Source: an uncultured Clostridia bacterium (GTDB lineage Bacteria; Bacillota; Clostridia; TANB77; CAG-508). Taken from it: DNA of 61,518 nucleotides. Under the pieces are notes generated by a model, which did not search any database, had not been told where the DNA came from, and worked only from the letters and a program-made list of their open reading frames with translations. Position numbers and translations under genes: made by a program. Shown here piece after piece: positions 1 through 11,235 of the stretch; position 1 is the stretch's first letter; each line of letters starts with the position of its first letter. Location: contig CAORJJ010000001.1 of assembly GCA_948517135.1 (NCBI GenBank), positions 1-61,518 on the forward strand, written 5' to 3'.

Positions 1-652
1 ATATTACATACTACTGGACATACTTTTGATAGATAAATGAATATATAAATCTTCAAAAAAATACGAATATTTTTTTTAGAAAATTGAAAAATATTCACTT
101 TAAGTTAAATAAAAGGTATTAAAAAATTTTTTTATAGCTAAAAAAAGATTGCTTTAAAAGCTGGAAATGCTTGAAAAATCAAGGAATATTTTAAAAAATA
201 TTAGAAATAAGAAAATTTTTATATTAGTAAAATTATATAAGAAAATAAGAGAAAAAGATATTTTATTTTTTTTAAAGGGGAAACTAGATTAGAAAATTTG
301 CAAGGTGTAACTTGTTAATAAGACAATACGGTTCAAATGCTTGTAATTTTAAATAATACCTGTAATGCTTGGGAAGAAAGAACATATGAATATTAGGGTG
401 AAAAGTAATTGTTGAATTAACAGATTATGTAAAAATAAAGAGTGCTAAAAGATAGGAAAGTAGGGAGAAAATATTTAATGAATAAATTATAATGATTTAT
501 AAAAAATATAAAAATATAATTGATTTTTTTCAAAAAAATGATTAAATTTTGAAAAAAAAAGACGTTTTTATGCTTAAAAAAGATAGTTGATTTTTTTGTT
601 CCAAAAATGCTTTTTTATGACGTTAAAATTATACACACTTAAAAAAAGACAT

Positions 653-688
653 AAAAAAACCCCAGTATATCAATGTTTTATACTGGGG
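653..688 (-). terminator. Rho-independent terminator of the activase-fusion gene
   Basis: Perfect 10-bp stem CCCCAGTATA (660-669) / TATACTGGGG (679-688). On the minus strand it is followed by a 7-U run (A-run 653-659), 20 nt after the stop at 708. Confidence 0.8.
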
Positions 689-707
689 ATAAAATTTTTA
701 TATTAAA

Positions 708-3700
708 TTAATTTGATTTTAATGTAGTTTTTTCTTTTTCATCAACAATATTTTCAATTTCAATTGCTTTTTTTGATAGTTTTTTCTTTTTTAAATTATC
801 CTTGGCTACTGTGGTTAAAAGTTTAATTCTGTTTGTTTGATTTGTTTCACTGGCTCCTGGATCATAATCAATAGGAGAGATGTTTGCATATGGATATTTT
901 TCTCTAATTGACTTTATAACACCTTTTCCAACAACATGATTTGGAAGACAAGCAAATGGTTGTACACATACAATGTTTGGAATGTCATTTTCTATGTATT
1001 CAATCATTTCTGCAGTTAAAAACCATCCTTCACCAGTTTGATTTCCAATAGATAATATATCTTTTACTTTACTTTCAAGTTCAAAAATGTCACATGGAGG
1101 TAAATAACCTTTTTCTGAAGTTGCTAAAGCTTTTTTTAAATCCTTTTCTAACATTTCAATTAAAGAAATTACTGCACGGAATATTTTGGCTTTGGCTTTA
1201 TCAATATTCAATAATTTATTATTTGTTATTTTATGTGTTGCAATAAATTTTATAAATCCCATAAAATCAGGAGAAATAACTTCGGCGCCTTCTTTTTCTA
1301 AAACATCTATTACATGATTATTGCCAAAAGGATGATATTTTATTAATACTTCACCAACAATTCCAACTTTAGGTTTCTCAATCGAATTATTAAGTTCAAT
1401 TGTTTCAAAATCATTAACCATTTCATATATACTTTTCTTAAACTGATTATATGTAGATTTTGAACAAAGTTTTTTACACTTTTCTAGCCACTTTTCATAT
1501 AATGCTTGTGATTCACCTTTGTTTATCTCATATGCTCTATTTTTTAATAATAGTTTTTGTAATAAGTCACCATAAAAAATAGCCTTTACAAGATTTATTG
1601 CCATAGGTATTGTTATTTTAAATCCAGTAGATTTTTCCATACCAACAACGTTAAATGATACAATTGGCACATTTCCAAATCCAGCATCTTTTAATGCTTT
1701 TCGTATAAATCCAATGTAATTTGTTGCTCGGCAACCACCACCTGTTTGAGACATTATAAGAGCTGTTTTATTAGTATCATATTCTCCGGATTGTAATGCT
1801 TCTATAAATTGACCTGTTGTTAATATAGAAGGATAACATGCATCATTATTAACATATCTTAATCCAGTTTCAACAGTTTTTTCTGTACACTCTTTTAATA
1901 ATTTCACATTATATCCAAGAGATTTAACAGCAGATTCTATTAATTCAAAATGGATAGGAATCATTTGTGGTATTAAGATTGTATATCCTTCATTTTTCAT
2001 TTCTTTAGTAAATGGAATTCTTTTGATTTCATAGTTTCCAAGTTCATGATGTGTGTTGTTTTCAACATCAAGTTGTTCTTCAGCTTTTTGTGCGATACGT
2101 TTATTCATACTAGCAAGTAAAGATCTAATACGAATACGAATAGCACCTAAGTTGTTTATTTCATCTATTTTAATTAATGTGTACATATTATCATAGCTTT
2201 TTAAGATTTCTTCAACTTGATCTGTTGTAACAGCATCAACACCACATCCAAAAGAATTTAATTGTATCATTTCTAAGAAATCATGTTTTCCAACAAATTC
2301 TGCTGCTGCATATAATCTTGAGTGAAATACCCATTGGTCAACAACACGTAAGTGATGACTAACACCATCTTTAGGTTCACAAATACTATCTTCTGATAAT
2401 ACACATAAACCTAAACTTGTAATTAGAGTATCGATACCATGATTTACTTCAGGATCAACATGATAAGGACGGCCTGCTAAAACAATACCTCTTAAATTGT
2501 TTTCTTTAATATATTTAATTGTTTCTTTTCCTTTTTTACGTACATCATTTTTGAATTTTTGATATTCTGCTTCTGCGGATTCAGCTGCTTCTAATAATTC
2601 TTTTTTAGTAAATTTGTAGTCCTTAAATTCTTCACATTCATATGCAACTTTTACCAAGTTTTTTACATTATCAATAGGTAAGAATGGATTTAAGTATTTA
2701 ATATCAGAATTTCTTAACTCCTCAATATTATTTTTTATAACTTCTGAATATGAAATAACAATAGGGCAGTTATAATGATTATCTGAATCCTCATATTCTT
2801 TTCTATTATATGGAATGCAGGGATAGAATATTGTTTTTATACCTTGTTTTAATAAACTCATAACATGTCCATGTGCAAGTTTTGCTGGGTAGCAAACTGA
2901 CTCAGAAGGCATTGATTCCATTCCTTTTTCATAAGTTTTTCTATTTGATTTTTCAGAAATTATAACTCTAAAACCTAATTTTGTAAGAAAAGTAAACCAG
3001 AAAGGATAGTCTTCATACATATTTAAAACCCTAGGGATACCGATTGTTCCACGTTTAGCATTTTCCTCAGAAAGTGGTTCATAGTTGAATAATCTTTCAA
3101 ATTTATATTTATATATATTAGGTAAATCTTTCTTTTCAGAATTTTGATTTCCTGCACCTTTTTCACATCTATTTCCAGAAATAAATTTACTTCCATCTTC
3201 AAAAGTATTAATTGTTAATAAGCAATTATTTTCACAACCTTTACAACGAACATGAGAAATTTTTATGTTTAAAGTGTTTAATTCTTCTGTTTTTAATATT
3301 GTTGATCTGTGTGTCATATCAAGGTTTGCATGATATTGTTCTTGTGCTAAAAGTGCTACTCCATAAGCCCCCATTAAACCAGCAATATCAGGTCTAACAA
3401 CATTTCTACCAACTATTAATTCAAAAGCTCTTAAAACAGCATCATTGTAGAAAGTTCCACCTTGTACCACAATATTTCTTCCTAATGTTTTTACATCTCT
3501 AACTTTCATAACTTTTTGGATAGCATTTTTTATAATTGAATAAGAAAGTCCGCTAGAAATATCACCAACAGAATACCCTTCTTTTTGAGCTTGTTTAATT
3601 TTTGAATTCATAAATACAGTACATCTTGAGCCCAAATCAACAGGAGTTTTTGATTTTAAAGCTTCTTTAACGAATTGTTCTATACTTAAATCTAAGCTTT

Positions 3701-5072
3701 TAGCAAATGTTTCTAAGAAAGAGCCACATCCAGATGAGCAAGCTTCATTTAGCATAATATTATCAATAGCACTATTTTTTAACTTTATGTATTTCATATC
3801 TTGTCCACCAATATCAATTATACTAGTAACTTTTGGTAGAAATTTTTTTGCAGCAGTATAATGTGCTATTGTTTCTATTTCATTTAAGTCAACATGTAAA
3901 GCAGTTTGTATTAGTTTTTCTCCATATCCAGTTACACCACTATAACGAATAACAACTTTTTCTGGAAGAGCTTTATATAAATCTTTAAGCATAGATATAA
4001 CACTTTTTAAAGGATTTCCTTTATTATTTCCATATAATGAATATAATAATGCACCATCTTTATCAATTAAAACAACTTTTGTTGTTGTAGAACCAGCATC
4101 AATTCCTAAGAAAGCATCACCTTCATAAGTTTTTAAGTCATTTCTTTTTACTTTATCTTTATCATGTCTTTCTTTAAATTCTGTAAAATCTTCATCTGTT
4201 GCAAATAAAGGATCTAATGTATTTCCTTCTGTAAATTTTGCATTTTTAAAAGAATTTAGACGTGATTTTAAATCTTTTGATGTTATAGAATCGCTTTCTA
4301 TTGATGAATAAGCAGCTCCTGTTGCTACTAAAAGATGAGCATTTTCAGGGATAATAACTTTTTCATCAGTTAGATTTAATGTTTCTATAAATCTTTTTCT
4401 TAGTTCAGAAAGATAGTTTAATGGTCCACCTAAAAAAGCTACATTTCCCTTTATAGGTCTTCCTTGCGCTAAACCACTAATTGTTTGATTTACAACTGCT
4501 TGAAAAATAGATGCAGAAATATCTTCTTTTCTAGCACCTTCATTTAACAATGGTTGAATATCAGTTTTTGCGAAAACTCCACAACGTGAAGCAATAGGGT
4601 ATATAGTTTCATATGTTTTTGAAAGTTCATTTAATCCATTAGTATCAGTATTTAATAAAGATGCCATTTGATCTAAAAATGCACCTGTACCACCAGCACA
4701 AGTTCCATTCATTCTTTGCTCAATAAATTTGTCAAAATATATAATTTTTGCATCTTCGCCACCAAGCTCTATTACAACATCAGTTTGTGGGATTATTTTT
4801 TCAACAGCGGATTTACAGGCAATAACTTCTTGAATAAAATTCACATTTAAAATTTTTGCAATATCAAGAGCGCCTGAACCTGTTAAAGACATAGTGAATG
4901 TGTTATCTGGGTAGTCTTTTACAAGTTTTGTTAAGACATTAAATAATGTACTTTTTGTATCTGAATAATGTCTTTCATAATTTGAATAAACAATATTTAA
5001 CTCTTCATCTAGAATTACAATTTTAACAGTTGTTGATCCAATGTCTAATCCGACGTGTAATAATTTATTCAT
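708..5072 (-). CDS. Fused 2-hydroxyacyl-CoA dehydratase-type activase (two BcrAD/BadFG ATPase modules plus dehydratase-component-like domains)
   Basis: 1454-aa ORF. Two ASKHA phosphate-binding motifs (GLDIGSTTVKIV at the N-terminus, GIDAGSTTTKVV near res 322) and a Cys-rich segment CKGCENNC. SD AGGAGA lies 7 nt upstream of the ATG. Confidence 0.85.
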   Translation of the reverse strand: MNKLLHVGLDIGSTTVKIVILDEELNIVYSNYERHYSDTKSTLFNVLTKLVKDYPDNTFTMSLTGSGALDIAKILNVNFIQEVIACKSAVEKIIPQTDVVIELGGEDAKIIYFDKFIEQRMNGTCAGGTGAFLDQMASLLNTDTNGLNELSKTYETIYPIASRCGVFAKTDIQPLLNEGARKEDISASIFQAVVNQTISGLAQGRPIKGNVAFLGGPLNYLSELRKRFIETLNLTDEKVIIPENAHLLVATGAAYSSIESDSITSKDLKSRLNSFKNAKFTEGNTLDPLFATDEDFTEFKERHDKDKVKRNDLKTYEGDAFLGIDAGSTTTKVVLIDKDGALLYSLYGNNKGNPLKSVISMLKDLYKALPEKVVIRYSGVTGYGEKLIQTALHVDLNEIETIAHYTAAKKFLPKVTSIIDIGGQDMKYIKLKNSAIDNIMLNEACSSGCGSFLETFAKSLDLSIEQFVKEALKSKTPVDLGSRCTVFMNSKIKQAQKEGYSVGDISSGLSYSIIKNAIQKVMKVRDVKTLGRNIVVQGGTFYNDAVLRAFELIVGRNVVRPDIAGLMGAYGVALLAQEQYHANLDMTHRSTILKTEELNTLNIKISHVRCKGCENNCLLTINTFEDGSKFISGNRCEKGAGNQNSEKKDLPNIYKYKFERLFNYEPLSEENAKRGTIGIPRVLNMYEDYPFWFTFLTKLGFRVIISEKSNRKTYEKGMESMPSESVCYPAKLAHGHVMSLLKQGIKTIFYPCIPYNRKEYEDSDNHYNCPIVISYSEVIKNNIEELRNSDIKYLNPFLPIDNVKNLVKVAYECEEFKDYKFTKKELLEAAESAEAEYQKFKNDVRKKGKETIKYIKENNLRGIVLAGRPYHVDPEVNHGIDTLITSLGLCVLSEDSICEPKDGVSHHLRVVDQWVFHSRLYAAAEFVGKHDFLEMIQLNSFGCGVDAVTTDQVEEILKSYDNMYTLIKIDEINNLGAIRIRIRSLLASMNKRIAQKAEEQLDVENNTHHELGNYEIKRIPFTKEMKNEGYTILIPQMIPIHFELIESAVKSLGYNVKLLKECTEKTVETGLRYVNNDACYPSILTTGQFIEALQSGEYDTNKTALIMSQTGGGCRATNYIGFIRKALKDAGFGNVPIVSFNVVGMEKSTGFKITIPMAINLVKAIFYGDLLQKLLLKNRAYEINKGESQALYEKWLEKCKKLCSKSTYNQFKKSIYEMVNDFETIELNNSIEKPKVGIVGEVLIKYHPFGNNHVIDVLEKEGAEVISPDFMGFIKFIATHKITNNKLLNIDKAKAKIFRAVISLIEMLEKDLKKALATSEKGYLPPCDIFELESKVKDILSIGNQTGEGWFLTAEMIEYIENDIPNIVCVQPFACLPNHVVGKGVIKSIREKYPYANISPIDYDPGASETNQTNRIKLLTTVAKDNLKKKKLSKKAIEIENIVDEKEKTTLKSN

Positions 5073-5304
5073 TTTTTATTCTCCTATTCGAAGCACATAA
5101 GAGTGCATAATTTTTAATAAAATTTCAATAATTAATAGATACATTTTATAAGCTTTATCGAAATTTGTCAATGTTTATATTTTCCTTATTTCCGTACAGG
5201 TTAAAATATTTTTATGAACAAAAAATGAAGTTTCATTTTGATGAAAAAATAGAACAATTTAGAAATTTAGAATGCCTAAATCCCATATTGTTCCAGTGTT
5301 TTTT

Positions 5305-5904
5305 TTAGTGAAAAATATATATAAAATAAAAAATAAATTCTAATAAACAAGCAATAGAAATTAATATATGAGAGAAAATATGTTGAAAATTAAGTAAATC
5401 AAGAAGTTCAGCTATAAAATATAAAATAACTCCAATCAAAATTAAAATAGGAATTTTATTAAATAATATAAGTGGAATTATTGATATTAAAAAACAAATA
5501 ATTATTAAAAAATAAAGTATTGATGAGAGTACTTTTGGAATATTTGTCCAAATAGAAGTCATAATAATAGAAGTTAATAATATTCCTAAAGTTGTTCCAA
5601 ATAAAGCCCATCCCCAAGCTCCTTGCAATATACATAAAAATATTGGAAATACTGATGTTGCTAACAATATATGACTTAATATATTATCAAATTTCTTGAA
5701 AAAAGTTTTCACATTTGTAAAATGATAAATTGTACTAAATAAAAAATATATAAAACTTGATACTGAAAAAATAGTAATAAATATAATATTTATAGCAGAT
5801 TTATTTATACAAGTAAAAACAATTAATAAAATAGAGCAAACAAAGAATATTGATGCACTTATGCAATGAATAATTGCACTTGAAATACTTTTTTTATTTT
5901 CCAT
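5305..5904 (-). CDS. Polytopic membrane protein, possibly hemolysin-III/PAQR family
   Basis: 199 aa with about 7 hydrophobic helices. The STIYH...FD..LSH and C-terminal HIFSH motifs recall HlyIII channels. The family call is tentative. Confidence 0.45.
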   Translation of the reverse strand: MENKKSISSAIIHCISASIFFVCSILLIVFTCINKSAINIIFITIFSVSSFIYFLFSTIYHFTNVKTFFKKFDNILSHILLATSVFPIFLCILQGAWGWALFGTTLGILLTSIIMTSIWTNIPKVLSSILYFLIIICFLISIIPLILFNKIPILILIGVILYFIAELLDLLNFQHIFSHILISIACLLEFIFYFIYIFH

Positions 5905-6041
5905 AATAGATTCCTTTAATTAATTAAAATAAGATTTTGAGGCAATAATACAACATTTTGAGCAAATAGTCAATTTAAAATGAATAAATATACAAGTTTA
6001 GGAATACCATTTAGAAAAACAAAAATAAAGGAGGAGAGATA

Positions 6042-6623
6042 ATGCAAAAGTGGATAATTATAGCTGTTATAGCTATAATATTAATTTTAACCACAGTTAT
6101 TGTACTAAATGTGGATATTGAAACTGAATATACTCCAGAAACTGAAATTGAAGAAACAGAATTAAGAAAAACAATTATATCATTATATTTTTTAGACAAA
6201 AATACAATGGAATTGGTTAAGGAGAGTAGGTTAATAGATTCTAAAGAATTAATAATTAATCCATATGATAAAGTTTTAGAAATGATGATTTCAGGACCAG
6301 AAAATGAAGCATATACTAGAACTATTCCAGAAAATACTAAAGTTATAGAAACAAAACTTGAAAGTGATTGTTTAGTAATTAATTTTAGTAGTGAATTTTC
6401 AGGGGCTCTAACAGATGATTCTAATAAGCAAAAGGTTATAGACTCAATTTATCAATCATTAAAAGAGTTTACAGAAATTAATAGTATAAAGATATTAATT
6501 GAAAATGTTGATATAAATGGAGAAAACACAACATCAAATGAAAACCAAAATTTAGTTAATAATCAAATAGCAGAAAATACTATATCAAATGAAGTAACTA
6601 ATCAAACTGTTGAAAATATGTAG
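6042..6623 (+). CDS. GerMN domain-containing (germination/sporulation-associated) protein
   Basis: 193 aa with an N-terminal TM anchor, then ISLYFLDKN..LVKESRLI typical of GerMN domains. SD AAGGAGGAG upstream. Confidence 0.7.
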   Translation: MQKWIIIAVIAIILILTTVIVLNVDIETEYTPETEIEETELRKTIISLYFLDKNTMELVKESRLIDSKELIINPYDKVLEMMISGPENEAYTRTIPENTKVIETKLESDCLVINFSSEFSGALTDDSNKQKVIDSIYQSLKEFTEINSIKILIENVDINGENTTSNENQNLVNNQIAENTISNEVTNQTVENM

Positions 6624-6672
6624 GTTTTGTGATATTATAAAATAATTGAAAATGTAGATATAGGAGTATTAA

Positions 6673-7413
6673 GTGGATTTATTAGAAAATGAAAGAATAG
6701 ATGATTTAGAATATAAGGGATTAAAAATAATTCAAAACAAAAATGGATTTTGCTTTGGAATAGACAGTGTTTTATTATCTGATTTTGCTAAAAATATTAA
6801 GAAAAATGCAAAAGTTATAGATATTGGAACAGGTACAGGTATTATATCTATTTTGTTATCAAAAAAAGCAAATTTATCTAAAATATATGGAATAGAGATA
6901 CAAGATGAAGTTGCAGATATGGCAAAAAGAAGCGTATATCTAAATAATCTGAACGATAAAATTGAAATAATTAATACTAATATAAAAGATATTTTTAATA
7001 TTTTAAATCCAAATGAATTTGATGTTATAGTAACAAATCCTCCATATATGAAAATGAATACTGGAGCTATAAATGAAGAAAAAAAGAAATTAATATCAAG
7101 ACATGAAGTTGAATGCACATTAGAAGATATAATAAGAATTAGTTATAAATTATTAAAAAGTAATGGAGAATTTTATATGGTACATAGAGCAGAGAGAATT
7201 GTAGACATATTATTTTATTTAAGACAATATAAAATAGAGCCAAAAATTTTAAGATTTATACAACCTAATTTGAATAAAGAACCAAATCTTGTATTAATTA
7301 AAGCAGTAAAAAATGCTGGATATCAGTTAAATGTAAAAAAACCATTAATTGTGTATAATGAAGATGGAAAATATACTGATGAAATATTAGAAATATATAA
7401 TAAGGAGAAATAA
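6673..7413 (+). CDS. SAM-dependent N6-adenine methyltransferase, tRNA1(Val) m6A37 (YfiC/TrmN6)-like
   Basis: 246 aa with SAM motif DIGTGTGI and catalytic TNPPYM (NPPY). GTG start 7 nt after AGGAG. Confidence 0.75.
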   Translation: MDLLENERIDDLEYKGLKIIQNKNGFCFGIDSVLLSDFAKNIKKNAKVIDIGTGTGIISILLSKKANLSKIYGIEIQDEVADMAKRSVYLNNLNDKIEIINTNIKDIFNILNPNEFDVIVTNPPYMKMNTGAINEEKKKLISRHEVECTLEDIIRISYKLLKSNGEFYMVHRAERIVDILFYLRQYKIEPKILRFIQPNLNKEPNLVLIKAVKNAGYQLNVKKPLIVYNEDGKYTDEILEIYNKEK

Positions 7414-7415
7414 AT

Positions 7416-8249
7416 ATGCCAGGAAAATTATATTTAGTAGCAACACCAATTGGAAATTTAGAAGATATAACAATTAGAGCTTTAAATGTATTAAAACAAG
7501 TTGATCTAATTGCAGCAGAAGATACGAGGCATACATTAGGATTGCTAAATCATTTTGAAATTTCAAAACCATTAATTAGTTATTATAAACAAACTGAAAA
7601 ATCAAGAAGTGAAGTATTAATTGAAAAACTAAAAGAAGGAAAAAATATAGCAATAGTTTCTGATGCAGGAACTCCAGGTATTTCTGATCCAGGAGAAGAG
7701 ATTGTGAAATTAGCAATACAAAATAATATTGAAATTATACCAATTCCAGGAGCATGTGCACTAATAAATGCATTAATTGTTTCAGGTCTTTCTACTAGAG
7801 AATTTTCATTTATTGGTTTTTTATCAACTATAAAAAAAGAGAAGAAAGAAAAGTTAGAAGAAGTAAAATTTGAAACAAGAACATTAATTTTGTATGAGGC
7901 ACCACACAAGTTAAAAGGAACTTTAGAGCAGATTTTTGAAACATTAGGAAATAGAAACATTGTTTTAGCGAGGGAATTAACAAAAATACATGAAGAATTT
8001 ATTAGAGGAACAGTTAGTGAAATATTAGATAGAATTGAAGAAATTAAGGGAGAATTTGTTATTTTAGTAGAAGGAAATAATATTTCTAAAAAAGATTTAG
8101 AGTTAAGCAATTTAAAAAATTTATCTTTAGAGGAACATTATAGTAGATATGAAAATCAAGGATTAGATAAAAAGGAAATTATAAAAAGAATAGCTAAAGA
8201 CAGAAATGTAAATAAAAATGAAATTTATCAATATTTTATTAAAAAATAG
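7416..8249 (+). CDS. rsmI: 16S rRNA (cytidine1402-2'-O)-methyltransferase
   Basis: 277 aa. The N-terminal LYLVATPIGNLEDITIRALNVLKQVDLIAAEDTRHT is the RsmI signature. Confidence 0.9.
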   Translation: MPGKLYLVATPIGNLEDITIRALNVLKQVDLIAAEDTRHTLGLLNHFEISKPLISYYKQTEKSRSEVLIEKLKEGKNIAIVSDAGTPGISDPGEEIVKLAIQNNIEIIPIPGACALINALIVSGLSTREFSFIGFLSTIKKEKKEKLEEVKFETRTLILYEAPHKLKGTLEQIFETLGNRNIVLARELTKIHEEFIRGTVSEILDRIEEIKGEFVILVEGNNISKKDLELSNLKNLSLEEHYSRYENQGLDKKEIIKRIAKDRNVNKNEIYQYFIKK

Positions 8250-8412
8250 GGGATAGTATAAAAGTACTATTCTCTATTTGTTTTATATTAAACTAAACTG
8301 AATTTTTTATAAGTTTCAAAATTTTAGAACGACTCAAAATTTCAGTATTGTAATTTGCAGTTTAAAATGATATAGTTATTATGTATAAAAATATTTTATC
8401 GTGGAGGTCGAA

Positions 8413-9936
8413 ATGAGTAGAAGTAGAGGAAGAAGATATGACGAAACTCCTAAGTTAAATTTAAAAAAAGTATTCGCTACAATAATTGCTATAATTGTAC
8501 TTATAATGATTATTGTTTCTTTAAAAAATCTGTTTATTAATACAGATAATACAAAAGATGTTTCTTCATTAACGACCTATGTTAGTGTATATGAGAATAA
8601 TAAATGGGGAGTAATAGATAATAAAGGAAATATAATTGTTGATTGCAATCATGATGAAATGGTTGTAGTTCCAGATAAAAATAAAGCTTTATTTATTTGT
8701 ATAGAAAATCCAAATTATAGTAATGACACATATACAACAAAAATAATTAATGAAAAAGGTGAAAAAATTCTTACAGAGTATAATATGGTACAACCTTTAG
8801 AAAATACAGATGGCTTAACTTCTTGGTATGAAAGTAATGTTTTAAAATTTGAAAAAGATGGTAAATATGGTTTAATTAATTTTGATGGCAAAATTATATT
8901 AGATGCAATATATGATAATTTATATGCTTTGCAAGGATCTGAGAAAAGTATAATAATTGAAAATGCTGGAAAAAAGGGGTTAGTTAGTACAGCAATGGGA
9001 GAAGTTATTATTCCAGCAGAATATCAAGAAATCAAAAGTTTAACTAAAAATTATGATGATGGATACATTGTAAAAGATGATAGTAATAAATATGGAGTCA
9101 TTTCTCCAGATAAATCAATAATATTAGAAACAAAATATGATGATATTAAAAATATTACAGGAAATGATTATTATGTTGTTTCAGAGAATGGTGTATTAGA
9201 GATTATAAATGGAAAAGGCGAAGTTATATTAAATAGTGGTTTTGAAACAGTTGAAGAAATAAATGCTGATTATTTTATTATAACAATAGGTGGAAAATAT
9301 GGAGTTATATCTAAAACTGGGGAAACAAAAATAGAACCTAAATATGATTTTCTAAAAAATTCATTTTCAAATAATTACATTGCTAAATTAAATGGTAAAA
9401 CAGGAATTATAAATGAACCTTCAAATCAAATTATTGGATTTTCATATGAAAATATTAGTTATATAAAAGAAGCAAATTTTTTTAAAGCAGAAAATGCAGA
9501 CTTTACAACAGATATTATAGATAGTAGTTTTAATATTGTTTTAAATAATATTATTGTTTCAGAATTAAATATAGATAATGGATATTTAAGAATTAGAAAT
9601 AGTAATGAATATAAATATTATAATTTAAAATTAGAAGAGAAAACAAATAAAGAAATATTAACAACAAATACATTATTTTTAGTAAAAGAAAATGGTAAAT
9701 ATGGATATGAAAATAAAGCAGGAAAAAGAGTTGTTGATTGTATTTATGATGATGCAAAAGAACAAAACGAGTTTGGATATTGTGCTGTAAACAAAGATGG
9801 AAAATGGGGAGTATTAGGAGCTAATGGCTCAGTTATAGAAGATCCAAACAATGATTTTAATGATTATTTATATATAGATTTTATAGGCAGTTGGCATAAA
9901 CATAAAGATTTAAAATTGAACGTTTATACAAAATAA
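8413..9936 (+). CDS. Membrane-anchored WG (KWG)-repeat protein
   Basis: TM anchor followed by about 10 degenerate KYG(V/L)I..G..I(I/L)...YD repeats. Start moved from GTG 8401 to ATG 8413 (GGAGG 8403-8407). Confidence 0.7.
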   Translation: MSRSRGRRYDETPKLNLKKVFATIIAIIVLIMIIVSLKNLFINTDNTKDVSSLTTYVSVYENNKWGVIDNKGNIIVDCNHDEMVVVPDKNKALFICIENPNYSNDTYTTKIINEKGEKILTEYNMVQPLENTDGLTSWYESNVLKFEKDGKYGLINFDGKIILDAIYDNLYALQGSEKSIIIENAGKKGLVSTAMGEVIIPAEYQEIKSLTKNYDDGYIVKDDSNKYGVISPDKSIILETKYDDIKNITGNDYYVVSENGVLEIINGKGEVILNSGFETVEEINADYFIITIGGKYGVISKTGETKIEPKYDFLKNSFSNNYIAKLNGKTGIINEPSNQIIGFSYENISYIKEANFFKAENADFTTDIIDSSFNIVLNNIIVSELNIDNGYLRIRNSNEYKYYNLKLEEKTNKEILTTNTLFLVKENGKYGYENKAGKRVVDCIYDDAKEQNEFGYCAVNKDGKWGVLGANGSVIEDPNNDFNDYLYIDFIGSWHKHKDLKLNVYTK

Positions 9937-9963
9937 CAGAAGAAAAAAGGAAGGTAATTTATT

Positions 9964-11220
9964 TTGGAACTAATGACAAAATATCAGTATACGTATTTTA
10001 TACATCCGTATATAATTGATGAAACAAAATATAGTAAGTATATTCTTAAATTATTAAAGGACAGAAAATGTTCTTATAAAACATTTGAAAAGGAAAAAGA
10101 TTTAGATATATATAATTTCTTTTTACCAGCAATTAGAACATACTTATTTCCTACATTTGAACTTAGAGGAGAAAAACTTAGAGATTTTAAGAAAATGAAG
10201 GCAGAGGAACAATGTAAAATTTTAGTAAAAGATAATTGTGTTCACTTCAATTACAATTTAGCTGAGGACATTCAAGGAAAAGTTGGAACAGAAAATGGTA
10301 TCTTTTTTAAGATTGAAGGAATAGAAATAATTTGTTTTAATACTGGTGTATGTTTTTTTACAATGAAAACTCATTTAGAAAATACAAATAAATTTTTTGA
10401 TTTATTAGATTTTAATTATAGATTTAAAGGAATCACTTCTGAGTTTGCATCTTTAAAAGATTTTGAAAATATTAAAATTCAAACAGATACATTTCAGGAT
10501 ATAAGTGATATATCAGAACTAATAAATCAAATAACTGGTATAAGTACTAAAAATAATAATTCAAAAGAAGAATTGTTAAATTCACAATTTTATACATATT
10601 CATATGTATGTGTGGAGACAAGTAACTGGAGTGAGAAAACAAACTTTTTTAATATAGAAAATGATTTTTTAAAGTTTGCAAATGTATTGCCAAGTAATTA
10701 TACTTCAGACTTTAATAAGGCAAACTTAGAGCATAATTTACATATAATAGAAAAATTTAAGTATGTAAAAACAACTATATCCAGAACCAGCTCAAATTTA
10801 ATGTGTTCTGGAATAGATACATATAATTATACGAGATTGCCATATGAGTATGAGAATCAATATTTTTATATGTATATATTATCATTATATAAACTTATTT
10901 TTCTAATGAAATTAAATAATGATTTTAAATCATATGATAAAATTATTAAAATGAAAAAGAAATTTATTAAATTTACAAAAGACATATGGGATAAGGATAT
11001 TACACTAGATGATACAGGAGCTCTATATTATAAAACTTTAAATAAAACTCTAGAATTAGAAAGCTTATATGAAGAAATTCAAAATAAATATGAGGTAATA
11101 TATAAGGACTTAAATATAGAAAAAAATAATAATTATTACTCTGTAATAGTTATATTACTTATATTTTCTCTAGCATTTAATACAATAAATATTATATTTT
11201 TAATGTATTTATTAACATGA
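9964..11220 (+). CDS. Hypothetical protein with C-terminal TM helix
   Basis: 418-aa ORF with native composition and a single C-terminal hydrophobic helix. TTG start about 10 nt after AAGGAAGG. No family recognised. Confidence 0.6.
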   Translation: MELMTKYQYTYFIHPYIIDETKYSKYILKLLKDRKCSYKTFEKEKDLDIYNFFLPAIRTYLFPTFELRGEKLRDFKKMKAEEQCKILVKDNCVHFNYNLAEDIQGKVGTENGIFFKIEGIEIICFNTGVCFFTMKTHLENTNKFFDLLDFNYRFKGITSEFASLKDFENIKIQTDTFQDISDISELINQITGISTKNNNSKEELLNSQFYTYSYVCVETSNWSEKTNFFNIENDFLKFANVLPSNYTSDFNKANLEHNLHIIEKFKYVKTTISRTSSNLMCSGIDTYNYTRLPYEYENQYFYMYILSLYKLIFLMKLNNDFKSYDKIIKMKKKFIKFTKDIWDKDITLDDTGALYYKTLNKTLELESLYEEIQNKYEVIYKDLNIEKNNNYYSVIVILLIFSLAFNTINIIFLMYLLT

Positions 11221-11235
11221 TAAAAAGGTGGTAAA

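Noticed and set aside
3212-3397. Short alternate-strand or alternate-frame ORFs in the track nested inside long conserved genes. Examples are 3212-3397, 6011-6199, 6732-7118, 7583-8110, 12171-12356, 13705-13917, 15587-15910, 22929-23249, 26789-27022, 32877-33083, 33429-33665, 38661-38960, 40687-40962, 42784-43104, 44518-44820, 52959-53477 and 53734-54054.
   Set aside because: Each lies wholly within a gene that has clear family signatures on the other strand or frame. They have no SD and give low-complexity Leu/Phe/Ile/Ser-rich translations typical of antisense AT-rich coding DNA.
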